Assembly (NCBI GenBank): GCA_022449345.1
Contig: JAKURL010000006.1
Coordinates: forward strand, 29,451-93,450
DNA: 64,000 nucleotides
Direction: 5' to 3'
Source: Candidatus Thalassarchaeum sp.
GTDB lineage: Archaea; Thermoplasmatota; Poseidoniia; Poseidoniales; Thalassarchaeaceae
A model generated the notes under the pieces. That model saw only the letters and a program-made list of their open reading frames with translations. It did not search any database and was not told the DNA's origin. Of this stretch, positions 16,674 to 26,469 are shown piece after piece; the first letter of the stretch is position 1; every line of letters begins with the position of its first letter. A program made the position numbers and the translations under genes.

Positions 16674-19226
16674 TCAGCCTTGTCGTCTAACCGATCTGGC
16701 TGCAGCCTCAACCAAATTGTCTACCAAGCGAATGCTCCAACCTCTCAGACTTGCGAGATTTTCTCGATCCCTCTCAGTCATTGAGGCGACGTCTGAGGCG
16801 TTCTCAACCCCAAGTAAATCAGCCATTTCTCTGGCACGAATTCGACCAATCCCCCTAATTGTCACCAATCCAAGTAGTTCTGCTTTGCATCCGTTTCTGA
16901 CCCTTCTGTGTAATTCATTAACAAATTCGACTAGCACTTTGTGTTGCGATGAGTCCAATTGTCTAAGTTCCTCGTCATCATTGAGAATTTCTCTCATTGC
17001 GTATAGCAACCATTCAGCCAAATCGACTCGACTCCGAACGTCGCCTGGTTGAACATTCCAATTCTTTTCGAGATTTTCGAAGCTCGCCTCATCGATCCAA
17101 TCCTCAAGCACCAATACGCCTTTCATCCTCCTTTCAATATCAGAATCGACTGCCTCAGTGAGGAATTCACGCTGGTGAGAATGTATTGCAGAGTGTATTC
17201 TCTCAGCCTCCTCCTTTCTTGGCCAAAGGGCTAGGAAATCTGGTGTACAGGACACTAGATGCAGCAAACTCAGAGGAGATAATTGGTGAACATCGTCAGT
17301 TCCAATCATGATTCTCATGGCCCTTTGCAAACCATCGTGAATCATTCTACCAGAAATTGGATTTAGATACAATCTAGCGACCCGATGTCCAAGAGCAGTC
17401 GAAGAATAGGTCATCGAGGCTGGGTCGGGAAGGCTCGGCTCGCTAGTAATCCTTTGACTAGCCTTTGCAAAGCCGAAGATTGCAGGCCCTTTTCGCGGTG
17501 TTAGAGTGGTCGGTGAGGTAATTTCTGATTTTGAAATTTCTAAGCCAGGTACACTTTGACTCGTCTTTGCCCATTCGGGCATTTCATCTTGCCATTCCTC
17601 TGGTTCAGAAGGTGTTTGTTCTCTTTCCTTTATTCTCGATAGTACCTCATCCGATTCACCTTCACGAGTAATCATTCCATTTTCTGCCAACCATCCAATT
17701 ACATCGTCAAGTCGGGCTTCCAGACTCTGTTCATCCATGTGAGTTGCTAGGAATGTCTGGCGAAAAAACCGTGAGACTGAGTCTCTATCACGTATCCCTC
17801 CGGTGGCCATAATTGAAAGAAGGTGTGTCAATAGTGCAGGGTCCTCTTCTGCTCTAATAGCTGAGGGATTTGCCAATTTCGAAGTGACCTCTTCGGGCTC
17901 ACTTAGCATGTATAATTCAACGATATTCAATTCATCATCATCATCTTTAGCCAATATCCATGCGTCTCCAGAGTCGTCAAATTTAGGCCTACCTGCTCTT
18001 CCCAACATCTGTCGTATTTCCATCACAGGCAGCGGCATCGACCCACCTCCCACTGAACTCCATCTTCGGTGGTCTCGGATGATAACTCGTCTTGCGGGTA
18101 GGTTAACCCCTTGTGCGAGTGTTGGGGTTGCAACGATTGCAAGCAAACTCCCCTCTCTAAACGCCTCTTCTACGGTCTTGCGCTGGGTATGAGTTAGTCC
18201 AGCGTGATGGAATGCTACACCTCCTCGAATCGCCTGTGCAAGTGATCTTCCCATCACTGAAGTATCCTCGCGACGAGTCATACGTTCAGAGATGTCACCC
18301 CATTTTTCGACTAATTCAGCATCATATCTAATTGAATTGTCAGCGATTTTTTTTCTGATATGTTTGGACAATTCCCGCGCTTCCTTTTGGGCAGAAGCTC
18401 TAGAATTGACGAAGACCAGCATCTGCCCACCGGATGAAACCGAATCATCCAGAACGGCTTGTAGCCTCTTTGTGTTTCTTCCTTCAATAGTCCTAGGTTC
18501 TGGCCATTCCACATGGTCTGGACCATCGATGCGGTGAATCTTGACATTTAGTCCAGTCAAGGTTCCTGAGTGCAATTGAATGGGTCTCCAATTCGATTGG
18601 ATTAACTTAGCATCTAACCAATCGGCCATCTCCTGAGAATTTCCTACTGTTGCCGATAGAGCAATTAGTTGTGCCTCAGGCTGAGAATGTCGAATTCTCG
18701 AAAGAAGAACTTCTAGAGTTGGCCCTCTTGAAATATCGTGAAGGAGATGGAACTCATCCGCAACAACTACACCAATTTTCCCCATTATTCCATCACGAGT
18801 TCGAAGCATAGAATCGAGTTTCTCACTCGTGCAAACAAGTATGTCTGAGTCATCAATACCGCTGGTCTCTCCACTTCTATCTCCAATTGCTATGCCGACG
18901 CTAAGTCCAACTAAACTAGCGAGCTCTCGTAATTCCTCGACTTTCTCAGAGGCGAGCGCTTTTAGGGGAACTATGTACAGACCTTTTGCCCCATTCAAGT
19001 CGGTGATGAGTCGTTGAATGATAGTCAAATGTGCGACCAATGATTTCCCGCTCGCAGTCGGTATTGTCAACATCACATTGCGGCCGGCAAGTGCATACGG
19101 TAGAGCCTCGCGTTGAGGTAGAAATAGTTCCTCAATCCCCCATTCTGAACGAAGGTGGTCAATAATCCTCTGATCGACTTCTAAGTCTGCGAGACTTACC
19201 TCAGGGAGGTCTTCGCCCACCGCCAC
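16674..19226 (-). CDS. hel308: ATP-dependent DNA helicase Hel308 (Ski2-like), with a long disordered insertion.
   Basis: Walker A PTASGKS, DEFH box, and helicase C motifs (HHAGL, QMLGRAGRP). It is 850 aa, against about 720 aa typically. The surplus is an S/T/P/E-rich insertion of about 90 aa (aa 521-608). Confidence 0.9.
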   Translation of the reverse strand: MAVGEDLPEVSLADLEVDQRIIDHLRSEWGIEELFLPQREALPYALAGRNVMLTIPTASGKSLVAHLTIIQRLITDLNGAKGLYIVPLKALASEKVEELRELASLVGLSVGIAIGDRSGETSGIDDSDILVCTSEKLDSMLRTRDGIMGKIGVVVADEFHLLHDISRGPTLEVLLSRIRHSQPEAQLIALSATVGNSQEMADWLDAKLIQSNWRPIQLHSGTLTGLNVKIHRIDGPDHVEWPEPRTIEGRNTKRLQAVLDDSVSSGGQMLVFVNSRASAQKEARELSKHIRKKIADNSIRYDAELVEKWGDISERMTRREDTSVMGRSLAQAIRGGVAFHHAGLTHTQRKTVEEAFREGSLLAIVATPTLAQGVNLPARRVIIRDHRRWSSVGGGSMPLPVMEIRQMLGRAGRPKFDDSGDAWILAKDDDDELNIVELYMLSEPEEVTSKLANPSAIRAEEDPALLTHLLSIMATGGIRDRDSVSRFFRQTFLATHMDEQSLEARLDDVIGWLAENGMITREGESDEVLSRIKEREQTPSEPEEWQDEMPEWAKTSQSVPGLEISKSEITSPTTLTPRKGPAIFGFAKASQRITSEPSLPDPASMTYSSTALGHRVARLYLNPISGRMIHDGLQRAMRIMIGTDDVHQLSPLSLLHLVSCTPDFLALWPRKEEAERIHSAIHSHQREFLTEAVDSDIERRMKGVLVLEDWIDEASFENLEKNWNVQPGDVRSRVDLAEWLLYAMREILNDDEELRQLDSSQHKVLVEFVNELHRRVRNGCKAELLGLVTIRGIGRIRAREMADLLGVENASDVASMTERDRENLASLRGWSIRLVDNLVEAAARSVRRQG

Positions 19227-19313
19227 GTTTAGACATAGAATCCGCCGTTCTAAAGGATACCGAACCCATCTTGTAGATTCAATGGTTTAGGGATTGAAGA
19301 GTGGAGAAATTCA

Positions 19314-19820
19314 TCAATTCCATCGATGGTGTGCAGGATGGCCTTCTTTAACAGCAACAAACAGTCCTTCTCCAACAGCACAGAGGTTTCCATCTGCGCT
19401 CAATTTCATCTTGACTTTAGCTCGATCATCTGCTAATTCGATGACTTCACCGGTTACATGCAATTCATCGCCGAAAGGGGTGGGTCTTCGAAGTTTGATG
19501 CTATAATTCGCTGTAACGGTGCAGGGTGGCTCGGAATCTCCTGATTTATCCATTAGTGCGATCGCTGCAGTCCAATTTCCATGACAGTCCATTAGTGCCC
19601 CAATTATTCCGCCGTTAATCATACCCGGAAATGCTTGGTGCGCTGATGAGGGATTAAACCTCATTTCTAGGCCCTTATCGCTGCGAAAAGAGCGAATTTG
19701 CAAACCTTCTTGGTTTGCCGGACCGCAACCAAAACAGATGCTATTTGGAGCATGTAATTCCTGCACTGAGGTCTCCTGTGCCCCGCTCATTGTCTTCTCG
19801 ACAGAAGAAGCAGAATACAA
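19314..19820 (-). CDS. PaaI-family hotdog-fold thioesterase.
   Basis: CFGCGPANQEGL motif and the hotdog length (168 aa). Confidence 0.65.
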   Translation of the reverse strand: MYSASSVEKTMSGAQETSVQELHAPNSICFGCGPANQEGLQIRSFRSDKGLEMRFNPSSAHQAFPGMINGGIIGALMDCHGNWTAAIALMDKSGDSEPPCTVTANYSIKLRRPTPFGDELHVTGEVIELADDRAKVKMKLSADGNLCAVGEGLFVAVKEGHPAHHRWN

Positions 19821-19895
19821 CGATTGCCCATGAGAAAAGTGAGATGATTACTCAATCCTTCTATGCTAATCCTCTTATTTGGTTGACTCCACAGC

Positions 19896-21263
19896 GTGGC
19901 ATTGGTGGATTCCGAAGAGACTTCTAAGCCATCCAAAAAGGATGACGGGAACGTTCGAGTTCCAAGGGCAAAGAGGCGTCGCCATCAGCCACTCAAAGTA
20001 TCCAATCAGATACCAACAAGACGCCGAAAACAGATTAAGAAAGCCTTGGAAGAGCCGAGCAGCACTCCGAAATCATGGTCTCGCTCGAGCGGCTGGAAAT
20101 CGCATCGAATTGGCCGCAAACTTGTGAAACCAGGGACAATTAGACAAATCGAATACGACCTAATGGACGTTGAAATTGGAGAATCTTGGCCAATCCCGAT
20201 TACTGTAATTCATGGTTCAAGACCAGGCCCAGTTGTTACCCTAATCGGTGCATTACACGGGAACGAATTAGTCGGCCCATTGGCTCTTACCTACCTACAA
20301 TCGCATAGCATACTTGGAGAGGACAAACCGATTGATCCAGCCAGTCTTGCAGGAACAATTCGAATTATTCCAATTGTGAATATGCCCGGATACCGTCGTA
20401 GAAGTAGATACATGACTGATGGTAGAGACCTGAATCGATTCTTCCCTGGAAAAGAGGATTCAAACACTACTTCTAGGGTTGCGAATAGATTGTGGAATGA
20501 GATTTTTTCCAATTCCAACCATATCGTCGACCTGCACACCGCTGCATTGGGTCGTACAAATATGCCTCAGATACGTGCTAATTTGGCAAATCCAGCTAGC
20601 AATCGAGCCGCCCGTTCCTTCGGAATCGAAGTCATTCTAGACAGTCAAGGGCCTAAGGGCTCTTTGAGGAGAACTGCCGATGAGGCAGGAATCAGTTGCA
20701 TTACCTACGAAGGTGGTGGAGCCGACGAGGCGGACCCCGAATCTATCCAGATTGCTATGTACGGTATTCTCAACGTTTTGAGAAGTCTCAAAGTGATTCC
20801 CGGATACTCTAGTAGACCCCGATTTAGGCTACTCGCTTCGGGTTCAGTTTGGATTCGTTCCGATCACGGTGGCCTAATCGATGTTCTGACTCCGGCCGGT
20901 TCTTGGGTCGAAGAGAATGAATTGGTAGCAACGGTATCTGATCCAGAACACCCAGGTGTGTCGATGGAAATTCGTTCACCCACAGAAGGACTGCTAATTT
21001 GCATTGCAACCCATCCATTCGTAACTACGGGTACTCCCATAGGTCATCTGCTTCCAATCGTCAAGGGGATCAAGACGGTAAAACGCCGTCTTGATGACGA
21101 AGGTGTCTTGGTATTGAGCGGCGCCGATGGTGAGCCTCCATGGCGTGAGGATGACGAAATCGAGGATATCTCCGTTGAAGGAGAGTGGGAAGGTGGCTCG
21201 CCGGACGCAGAGTGGGGGGAAAATCTCCCAACCGCGGCAGAAGAGGAAGCAGACGAAGCCTGA
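19896..21263 (+). CDS. Succinylglutamate desuccinylase/aspartoacylase (AstE/AspA) family zinc hydrolase, with a basic N-terminal extension and an acidic C-terminal tail.
   Basis: ITVIHGSRPGPVVTLIGALHGNELVG and VDLHTA motifs. The first roughly 85 aa are K/R-rich, so the true start may be the internal M at about 20154. Confidence 0.55.
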   Translation: MALVDSEETSKPSKKDDGNVRVPRAKRRRHQPLKVSNQIPTRRRKQIKKALEEPSSTPKSWSRSSGWKSHRIGRKLVKPGTIRQIEYDLMDVEIGESWPIPITVIHGSRPGPVVTLIGALHGNELVGPLALTYLQSHSILGEDKPIDPASLAGTIRIIPIVNMPGYRRRSRYMTDGRDLNRFFPGKEDSNTTSRVANRLWNEIFSNSNHIVDLHTAALGRTNMPQIRANLANPASNRAARSFGIEVILDSQGPKGSLRRTADEAGISCITYEGGGADEADPESIQIAMYGILNVLRSLKVIPGYSSRPRFRLLASGSVWIRSDHGGLIDVLTPAGSWVEENELVATVSDPEHPGVSMEIRSPTEGLLICIATHPFVTTGTPIGHLLPIVKGIKTVKRRLDDEGVLVLSGADGEPPWREDDEIEDISVEGEWEGGSPDAEWGENLPTAAEEEADEA

Positions 21264-21266
21264 ATC

Positions 21267-24200
21267 TCATTCTTCCTCGTTTGAATCTTCACTCTCAACT
21301 GCATTTGCTTCAATAGTGACCACTGTGGATTCAACCACTGTAGACTCTAACATAGGTATAGAATCAACGCGAGGAGGATTATTGTCACTATGCTGACTTA
21401 GCAGCGCACTAATATCAGGAGCAGCAGGAAGTTCAGTTTCTCGATGCTCTGGAGCAACGCCAGGAGGACGCTGGTCCACCCTGAATTCAGCATAAGCCTC
21501 AGCGATCATTCTGTTTTCTCTAATTTTTATTCCAGCGAATGCTACCCCACCAACAATCGCTAGTAATAATACCAAAATTACAACGATTCCAATGGTGGAT
21601 CCAAGGAATGAGAATAAAGATTCAATCAATGTCGGAGGTGGGACGTATACCTTTACATCTACCATCCATTGCAGTTTGGTTTCAAATCCAGAATCTGTTA
21701 TCGTGAAATTTAGTTCACGCATTCCATTGCGCTCTGAACATAGAATTTCTGCCAGTTGCCAATCTTTGGATTTGCAATCGATTTCTTCTATAATCAAGGA
21801 TTGACCGTCTTCGCTCACATTTCCAGATAGAATAACTCCTTCCATTTCCCAGATAACGGTCTTACTGACAGTTGTTGGAATCCCATGGATCTCAATACGC
21901 AGAGTCTCATTGACCGAATCCCAATCGAGACTGCTTGTTTTGCTAGGAGTCGATAGAATCAGTTCAGTTCGAACTAAGGAATCATCGACAACGTCGTTGC
22001 AGTCGTCATCCCAGCTATTCCAAGTTTCACTTGCATCTGGGTTAATGCTGTCAATCAAATCCTCACAATCTTCGAAGGCATAGAATCCATCTTCGTCACG
22101 GTCATGATCGAATACCAATGGATTTGAGTCGGTTTCTTTGACCTCTTTTCCATCACTCATTCCATCGTCATCAGAGTCAGAGTCATTTGGATCGGTTGAA
22201 AGGTTGTGATACTCATCGTAATCCTTCAAGCCATCTTGGTCTGAATCAAGGGCATGGAAGTCCTCGTCTACTTCATCGTCGCAATCATTGTCTTTTGCGT
22301 CTAACGATTCCGGTAGCAGTGGAGCTCTCTCCGAGTCATCATCTTGGCAATCTTGGAACCAGTACCAACCATCGCCATCATCGTCTGGGTCGGCCCAAAG
22401 TGGATTAGATTCGTAGATGTTCACTTCTAGACCATCTGGTAAACCGTCATCGTCGGTATCTCCGTCATACGGGTTAGTCGTAAAATTGTGGTATTCGGCG
22501 TAATCATCCAATCCATCTGAATCGGAATCTAACTCCCAGAATCCGTCATCGATTACTAAATCACAATCGTTATCCTTGTTATCGAGCAATTCGGGTAGGG
22601 CTGGATTCCGGTACTCGTCCTCATCGTCACAATCGAGGAACCAATGGAATCCGTCCTCATCGGCATCTGGATCGTAAGTCAATGGATCAGAGCCATGCGT
22701 TTCAACCTCGACACCATCATCTAATCCGTCATCATCGGTGTCGGCATCCTCGTAATCTGTACCGTGAATATGGTATTCTGGCCAATCCAAAAGCCCGTCT
22801 GAGTCCCTATCGGTAAAGTTGAATCCTTCATCAGTAAAGTCGTCACAATCATCGTCAATTCCATTCAATCTCTCGTACGTACCTGGATTGACGTCAGGAT
22901 TGTTATCGTTACAATCTTGGAAATGATAGAACAAATCATTGTCCGCATCGGGGTCGTAATCCAAAGGATCAGTTCCCCAGTAGTTGACTTCTAATCCATC
23001 GGATAGCCCATCGTTGTCGCTATCGGAGTTCATTGGATTTGTTCCGTGAGTGAAGATTTCCTGCTCATCGGTTAATCCGTCTGTGTCGGAATCACTAGCC
23101 AGAGGGTTGGTTCCGTGAATCATTACTTCGTCATAATCCGACAATCCATCATCATCGGAATCGGAATCATAGGGATCGGTTCCCCAAACCGAAGTTTCAT
23201 TTTCATCAGAAAGACCATCGTCGTCATGGTCCAAGTCGTTATCTACTCCATGGAAAATCACCTCCCATGAATTCAGGGTTCCACTTCCCCCGGCGCCGGC
23301 CCTCGGAGCATCTCGAACCTTTAGAGTCCAAACTCCAACACTTGATTCTCCCCAATGATGGACGGTATTGAATAGCCAATTGGAATAATCGTCATTCCCA
23401 TCACCATTGCTCACGGCTAACCAAGATTCGGTTCCATCAGGTGATTGCAAAATAATGTCTAGGTCGCCGCGGTAAGTGTGGTTGATGTCTACAATAACGT
23501 CTACGCTTTCTATCGATAGTTCGGTTGTAACGGTAAACGGAAATTCACTCCAAGAAACATTTCCATCTGGGATATCGAAGTTTTGCAAATAAGGCCCATA
23601 GGTTGAGTTAATTTCCTGATCTAGGTACGTCCAATTGAGAGCCATAGAAACGGCCGCTCCGGCATCTACTGCACCATATCCGTACTTGTGAGAGACATCA
23701 TGTCCAGCTCCATTTGTATTCCAAGAAGAATCGGTGGGGTCATTCATACGTGATGTGTGAACTAGAATTTCCTGAACATCGCGCCATGACAAAAATGGAT
23801 TCGCGTCGTACATTAGTGCGATTACTCCAGCGGCTAGTGGTGTTGCGCTAGAAGTTCCCCCGAATGTATGTGTAACGTTTCCACTACCGTTGTACCCCCC
23901 ACTTCCTGTGATGTCGGTAGTGGTTATTCCCTCGCCGTCACCATTCGAGTGTGCTGCAACGAGGATATTTGATCCTGGTTCAGCATAGTATGATTGTTCT
24001 CCTTCATGCGAAATTGCCGTCACTGCAATAGTGAAGCGACTGTTTGCGTATCCATCCTTATTTGCATCATCATCGCTACCCAAACCATTCCCAGCAGCCC
24101 ATGTAATCGAATTGCCCAATCCTTTCCTCCCATGGTAGGCATCTTCCTCAAAGGCCGCTAGAGTAAGAGGTCCTGGGCCTGATAGTGTAGAGCCATCATC

Positions 24201-25100
24201 TGCTGGACCCCATGAATTCGAGTAGATATCGATATCATCATTCTCGAAGGAGAGTGCATCAGCTTCGGTGCTATCTCCTGCCCAACATGCAATCAAAGTA
24301 GAGCCGCCGAGAGTGGCTTCCCAAGCGGCTCCAGAAACGTATAGCGAATTGTTTCCTACCGCGGCCGCAACTCCTGCTGCAGCGGTACCGTGTCCATCCC
24401 AAGCGCTCGGTGCGGGGTCACTATCGTCATTGCACCAATCGTAAGAGTAGTTTGAATCGTAATTATCCAGAATATCTGGATGTTGGTGATCTAATCCATC
24501 GTCGACTATGCTGATTATCACCCCTTCCCCACGGTAGTTGTCCCAAACATCTGTAGCATTGATATCCTCTCCACTAAGTCCACTTGTTTGACCTGTATTT
24601 TCAAGATGCCATTGTGCGGTAAATTCCGGATCATTGGGATTGTTTCTGGGGAATTGTTGGCGCTCGACTAGGGGTGAATAGGACTCGATATGGCCAATTT
24701 CGACAGACATTTCTAGATCGTCGATAACATCCAATGGATTGTCAAAATACCAGATAAATGCGCCACGAAGAATAGATGTCGGCTCGACAGATTGTGGCTT
24801 TGCCAGCGTGAAAGTTTGTTTCTCGATTGGAATTTGTGTGACAACCAACCATTCGTTTGTTTGAGACAACTCGTCTTGAGTATACTGATCTAGATTTTCC
24901 ACTCTGTCGAAGGCTAATTGCACAGCCCTAGAATAAGTGGGCAATATTGGCTCTCCGTTTATTTCAAAGTTAATCTGTGAATTTTGTTCCTCGCTTATAG
25001 TTGCGGCGACAGGACTTACGAGCATCAGAACTAGCAGCATCGCTGTCGTACGCATAAGGCAACTTCGACAATGTGGGGGTTTTAGCCGTTGCCGGTGCAT
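21267..25100 (-). CDS. Cell-surface subtilisin-like serine protease (S8) with a P-domain, four calcium-binding TSP3-like super-repeats, a C-terminal TM anchor and an acidic tail.
   Basis: Signal peptide. S8 catalytic triad motifs (VDDGLD; HGTAAAG; GTSSATP). P-domain-like segment (GDLDIILQSPDG). Four repeats of about 95 aa, rich in DxDxDGxxD. TM helix at aa 1166-1190. Confidence 0.8.
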   Translation of the reverse strand: MHRQRLKPPHCRSCLMRTTAMLLVLMLVSPVAATISEEQNSQINFEINGEPILPTYSRAVQLAFDRVENLDQYTQDELSQTNEWLVVTQIPIEKQTFTLAKPQSVEPTSILRGAFIWYFDNPLDVIDDLEMSVEIGHIESYSPLVERQQFPRNNPNDPEFTAQWHLENTGQTSGLSGEDINATDVWDNYRGEGVIISIVDDGLDHQHPDILDNYDSNYSYDWCNDDSDPAPSAWDGHGTAAAGVAAAVGNNSLYVSGAAWEATLGGSTLIACWAGDSTEADALSFENDDIDIYSNSWGPADDGSTLSGPGPLTLAAFEEDAYHGRKGLGNSITWAAGNGLGSDDDANKDGYANSRFTIAVTAISHEGEQSYYAEPGSNILVAAHSNGDGEGITTTDITGSGGYNGSGNVTHTFGGTSSATPLAAGVIALMYDANPFLSWRDVQEILVHTSRMNDPTDSSWNTNGAGHDVSHKYGYGAVDAGAAVSMALNWTYLDQEINSTYGPYLQNFDIPDGNVSWSEFPFTVTTELSIESVDVIVDINHTYRGDLDIILQSPDGTESWLAVSNGDGNDDYSNWLFNTVHHWGESSVGVWTLKVRDAPRAGAGGSGTLNSWEVIFHGVDNDLDHDDDGLSDENETSVWGTDPYDSDSDDDGLSDYDEVMIHGTNPLASDSDTDGLTDEQEIFTHGTNPMNSDSDNDGLSDGLEVNYWGTDPLDYDPDADNDLFYHFQDCNDNNPDVNPGTYERLNGIDDDCDDFTDEGFNFTDRDSDGLLDWPEYHIHGTDYEDADTDDDGLDDGVEVETHGSDPLTYDPDADEDGFHWFLDCDDEDEYRNPALPELLDNKDNDCDLVIDDGFWELDSDSDGLDDYAEYHNFTTNPYDGDTDDDGLPDGLEVNIYESNPLWADPDDDGDGWYWFQDCQDDDSERAPLLPESLDAKDNDCDDEVDEDFHALDSDQDGLKDYDEYHNLSTDPNDSDSDDDGMSDGKEVKETDSNPLVFDHDRDEDGFYAFEDCEDLIDSINPDASETWNSWDDDCNDVVDDSLVRTELILSTPSKTSSLDWDSVNETLRIEIHGIPTTVSKTVIWEMEGVILSGNVSEDGQSLIIEEIDCKSKDWQLAEILCSERNGMRELNFTITDSGFETKLQWMVDVKVYVPPPTLIESLFSFLGSTIGIVVILVLLLAIVGGVAFAGIKIRENRMIAEAYAEFRVDQRPPGVAPEHRETELPAAPDISALLSQHSDNNPPRVDSIPMLESTVVESTVVTIEANAVESEDSNEEE
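21981..23243 (-). repeat. Four in-frame super-repeats of about 285 nt encoding D-rich calcium-binding (thrombospondin type 3-like) units inside the S8 protease gene.
   Basis: Each repeat carries ...DSDxDGLxDxxEV...GTDP...DPDADxDxFxxFxDCxDxx...DNxDNDCDxxxDxxF. Confidence 0.6.
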
Positions 25101-25135
25101 GAGTTAGTTTCGCTTCGGCTTGGATTACTATGTAA

Positions 25136-26440
25136 TCAGTTGTTTTTCTTGTATTCTGATATGGCTTGATGGACTTCTTCATCGCTCATCAAACGACGTT
25201 GGTTTTTGGCAATTTCAAACATATGGCCAACCAGTCCATCATCGGCCTCGTAGCCATTTTGTTCTAGCCACCAGATGATGTTTGAGCGTCCACTCATGTG
25301 TCCAATTCGGATGACTTGTTGAAGGCCGTAATCCTGAGCGGGGACTCCTGAATATACACGGTCTGCAAGCCAATGGTCGCCCTTCTTCATGGCCTTGATT
25401 ACGGCGCTTGCATGCACTCCAGTTCCAGTTTCAAAGGCATCCTCTCCAAAGACGGGATAGTTCCTAGGAAGAGCCACTTCGACATACTCGTGTGCCTTTC
25501 TCATGTACTCATTCAAGGCGGTTAGGTCATTTTCGATAACTCCCATCAATGAGAGATTAACTAGAGTTTGATCCAACGGAGCATTTCCGGCTCTTTCACC
25601 TACACCTAGTGCGGTTCCGTGAATGACATCGGCGCCGACCTCAACAGCCGCAAGGTTGTTTGCAACACCCAAACCCCTGTCTTGATGACCGTGCCAATTT
25701 ACTTCGATGTCTCGACGCTTTACACCAGCGTCTGGAATCACTTCGTCCTGAATGAAAGTCAGTAATTTACGCACTCCATTTGGAGTCACGTGACCACAGG
25801 TATCGCAGACACAAATCCGGTCTGCCCCTAATTCGATTGCCCTCGTATACACCGCCTTGATTTCTTCGGGTTTCGAGCGAGTAGTGTCTTCGGTGACAAA
25901 CATTACGGGAATGTCGTTGTCTACCGCGAATGTCACCGCTTTCTCGGCGGTGCTGAGAATGCGCTTCATCGTCCATCCCTCTGCAAATTGTCTAATAGGG
26001 CTGGTTCCGAGGAAAGCACTGGCCTGAATTTCCCTCTCGTGCTTAGCCTGCAAATCCACTAGCGGTTCAATATCTCCAACGACTGTGCGAACCGCACATC
26101 CAGGTCTCAATTCGTAGTCATTCTCACCCATATGAGAAAGCATTGCATCGATGTGGCTGACATGAAATGGGCCTGCTCCTGGAAGACCAAGGTCCACTTT
26201 CTGAATTCCAAGGCGTTCCATGTAATCGATTAGTTCGATCTTTTGCTCAATTGTTGGATTGCGAGCGCTTGGGCTTTGTAGTCCGTCACGAAGAGTCTCA
26301 TCATCGAACCAAACATCATGAGGATGGTTAGCCGGATTACGCTCGATTTCGTAATCTATGACATTCCAATCGTAGATGAGTTCCCGCTCATTCATCCTTG
26401 CCCCTCCTGCCGCTAAACGCGCGCTACGCCCGTCGAACAT
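25136..26440 (-). CDS. LeuA/CimA/homocitrate synthase family (DRE-TIM metallolyase) protein, short form.
   Basis: ETLRDGLQS near the N-terminus and HxH...GVGERAGNAPLDQ. It lacks a long LeuA regulatory domain. Confidence 0.6.
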   Translation of the reverse strand: MFDGRSARLAAGGARMNERELIYDWNVIDYEIERNPANHPHDVWFDDETLRDGLQSPSARNPTIEQKIELIDYMERLGIQKVDLGLPGAGPFHVSHIDAMLSHMGENDYELRPGCAVRTVVGDIEPLVDLQAKHEREIQASAFLGTSPIRQFAEGWTMKRILSTAEKAVTFAVDNDIPVMFVTEDTTRSKPEEIKAVYTRAIELGADRICVCDTCGHVTPNGVRKLLTFIQDEVIPDAGVKRRDIEVNWHGHQDRGLGVANNLAAVEVGADVIHGTALGVGERAGNAPLDQTLVNLSLMGVIENDLTALNEYMRKAHEYVEVALPRNYPVFGEDAFETGTGVHASAVIKAMKKGDHWLADRVYSGVPAQDYGLQQVIRIGHMSGRSNIIWWLEQNGYEADDGLVGHMFEIAKNQRRLMSDEEVHQAISEYKKNN

Positions 26441-26469
26441 ACAGGCAGGCGTTTGAGGATTTCCTGAAA

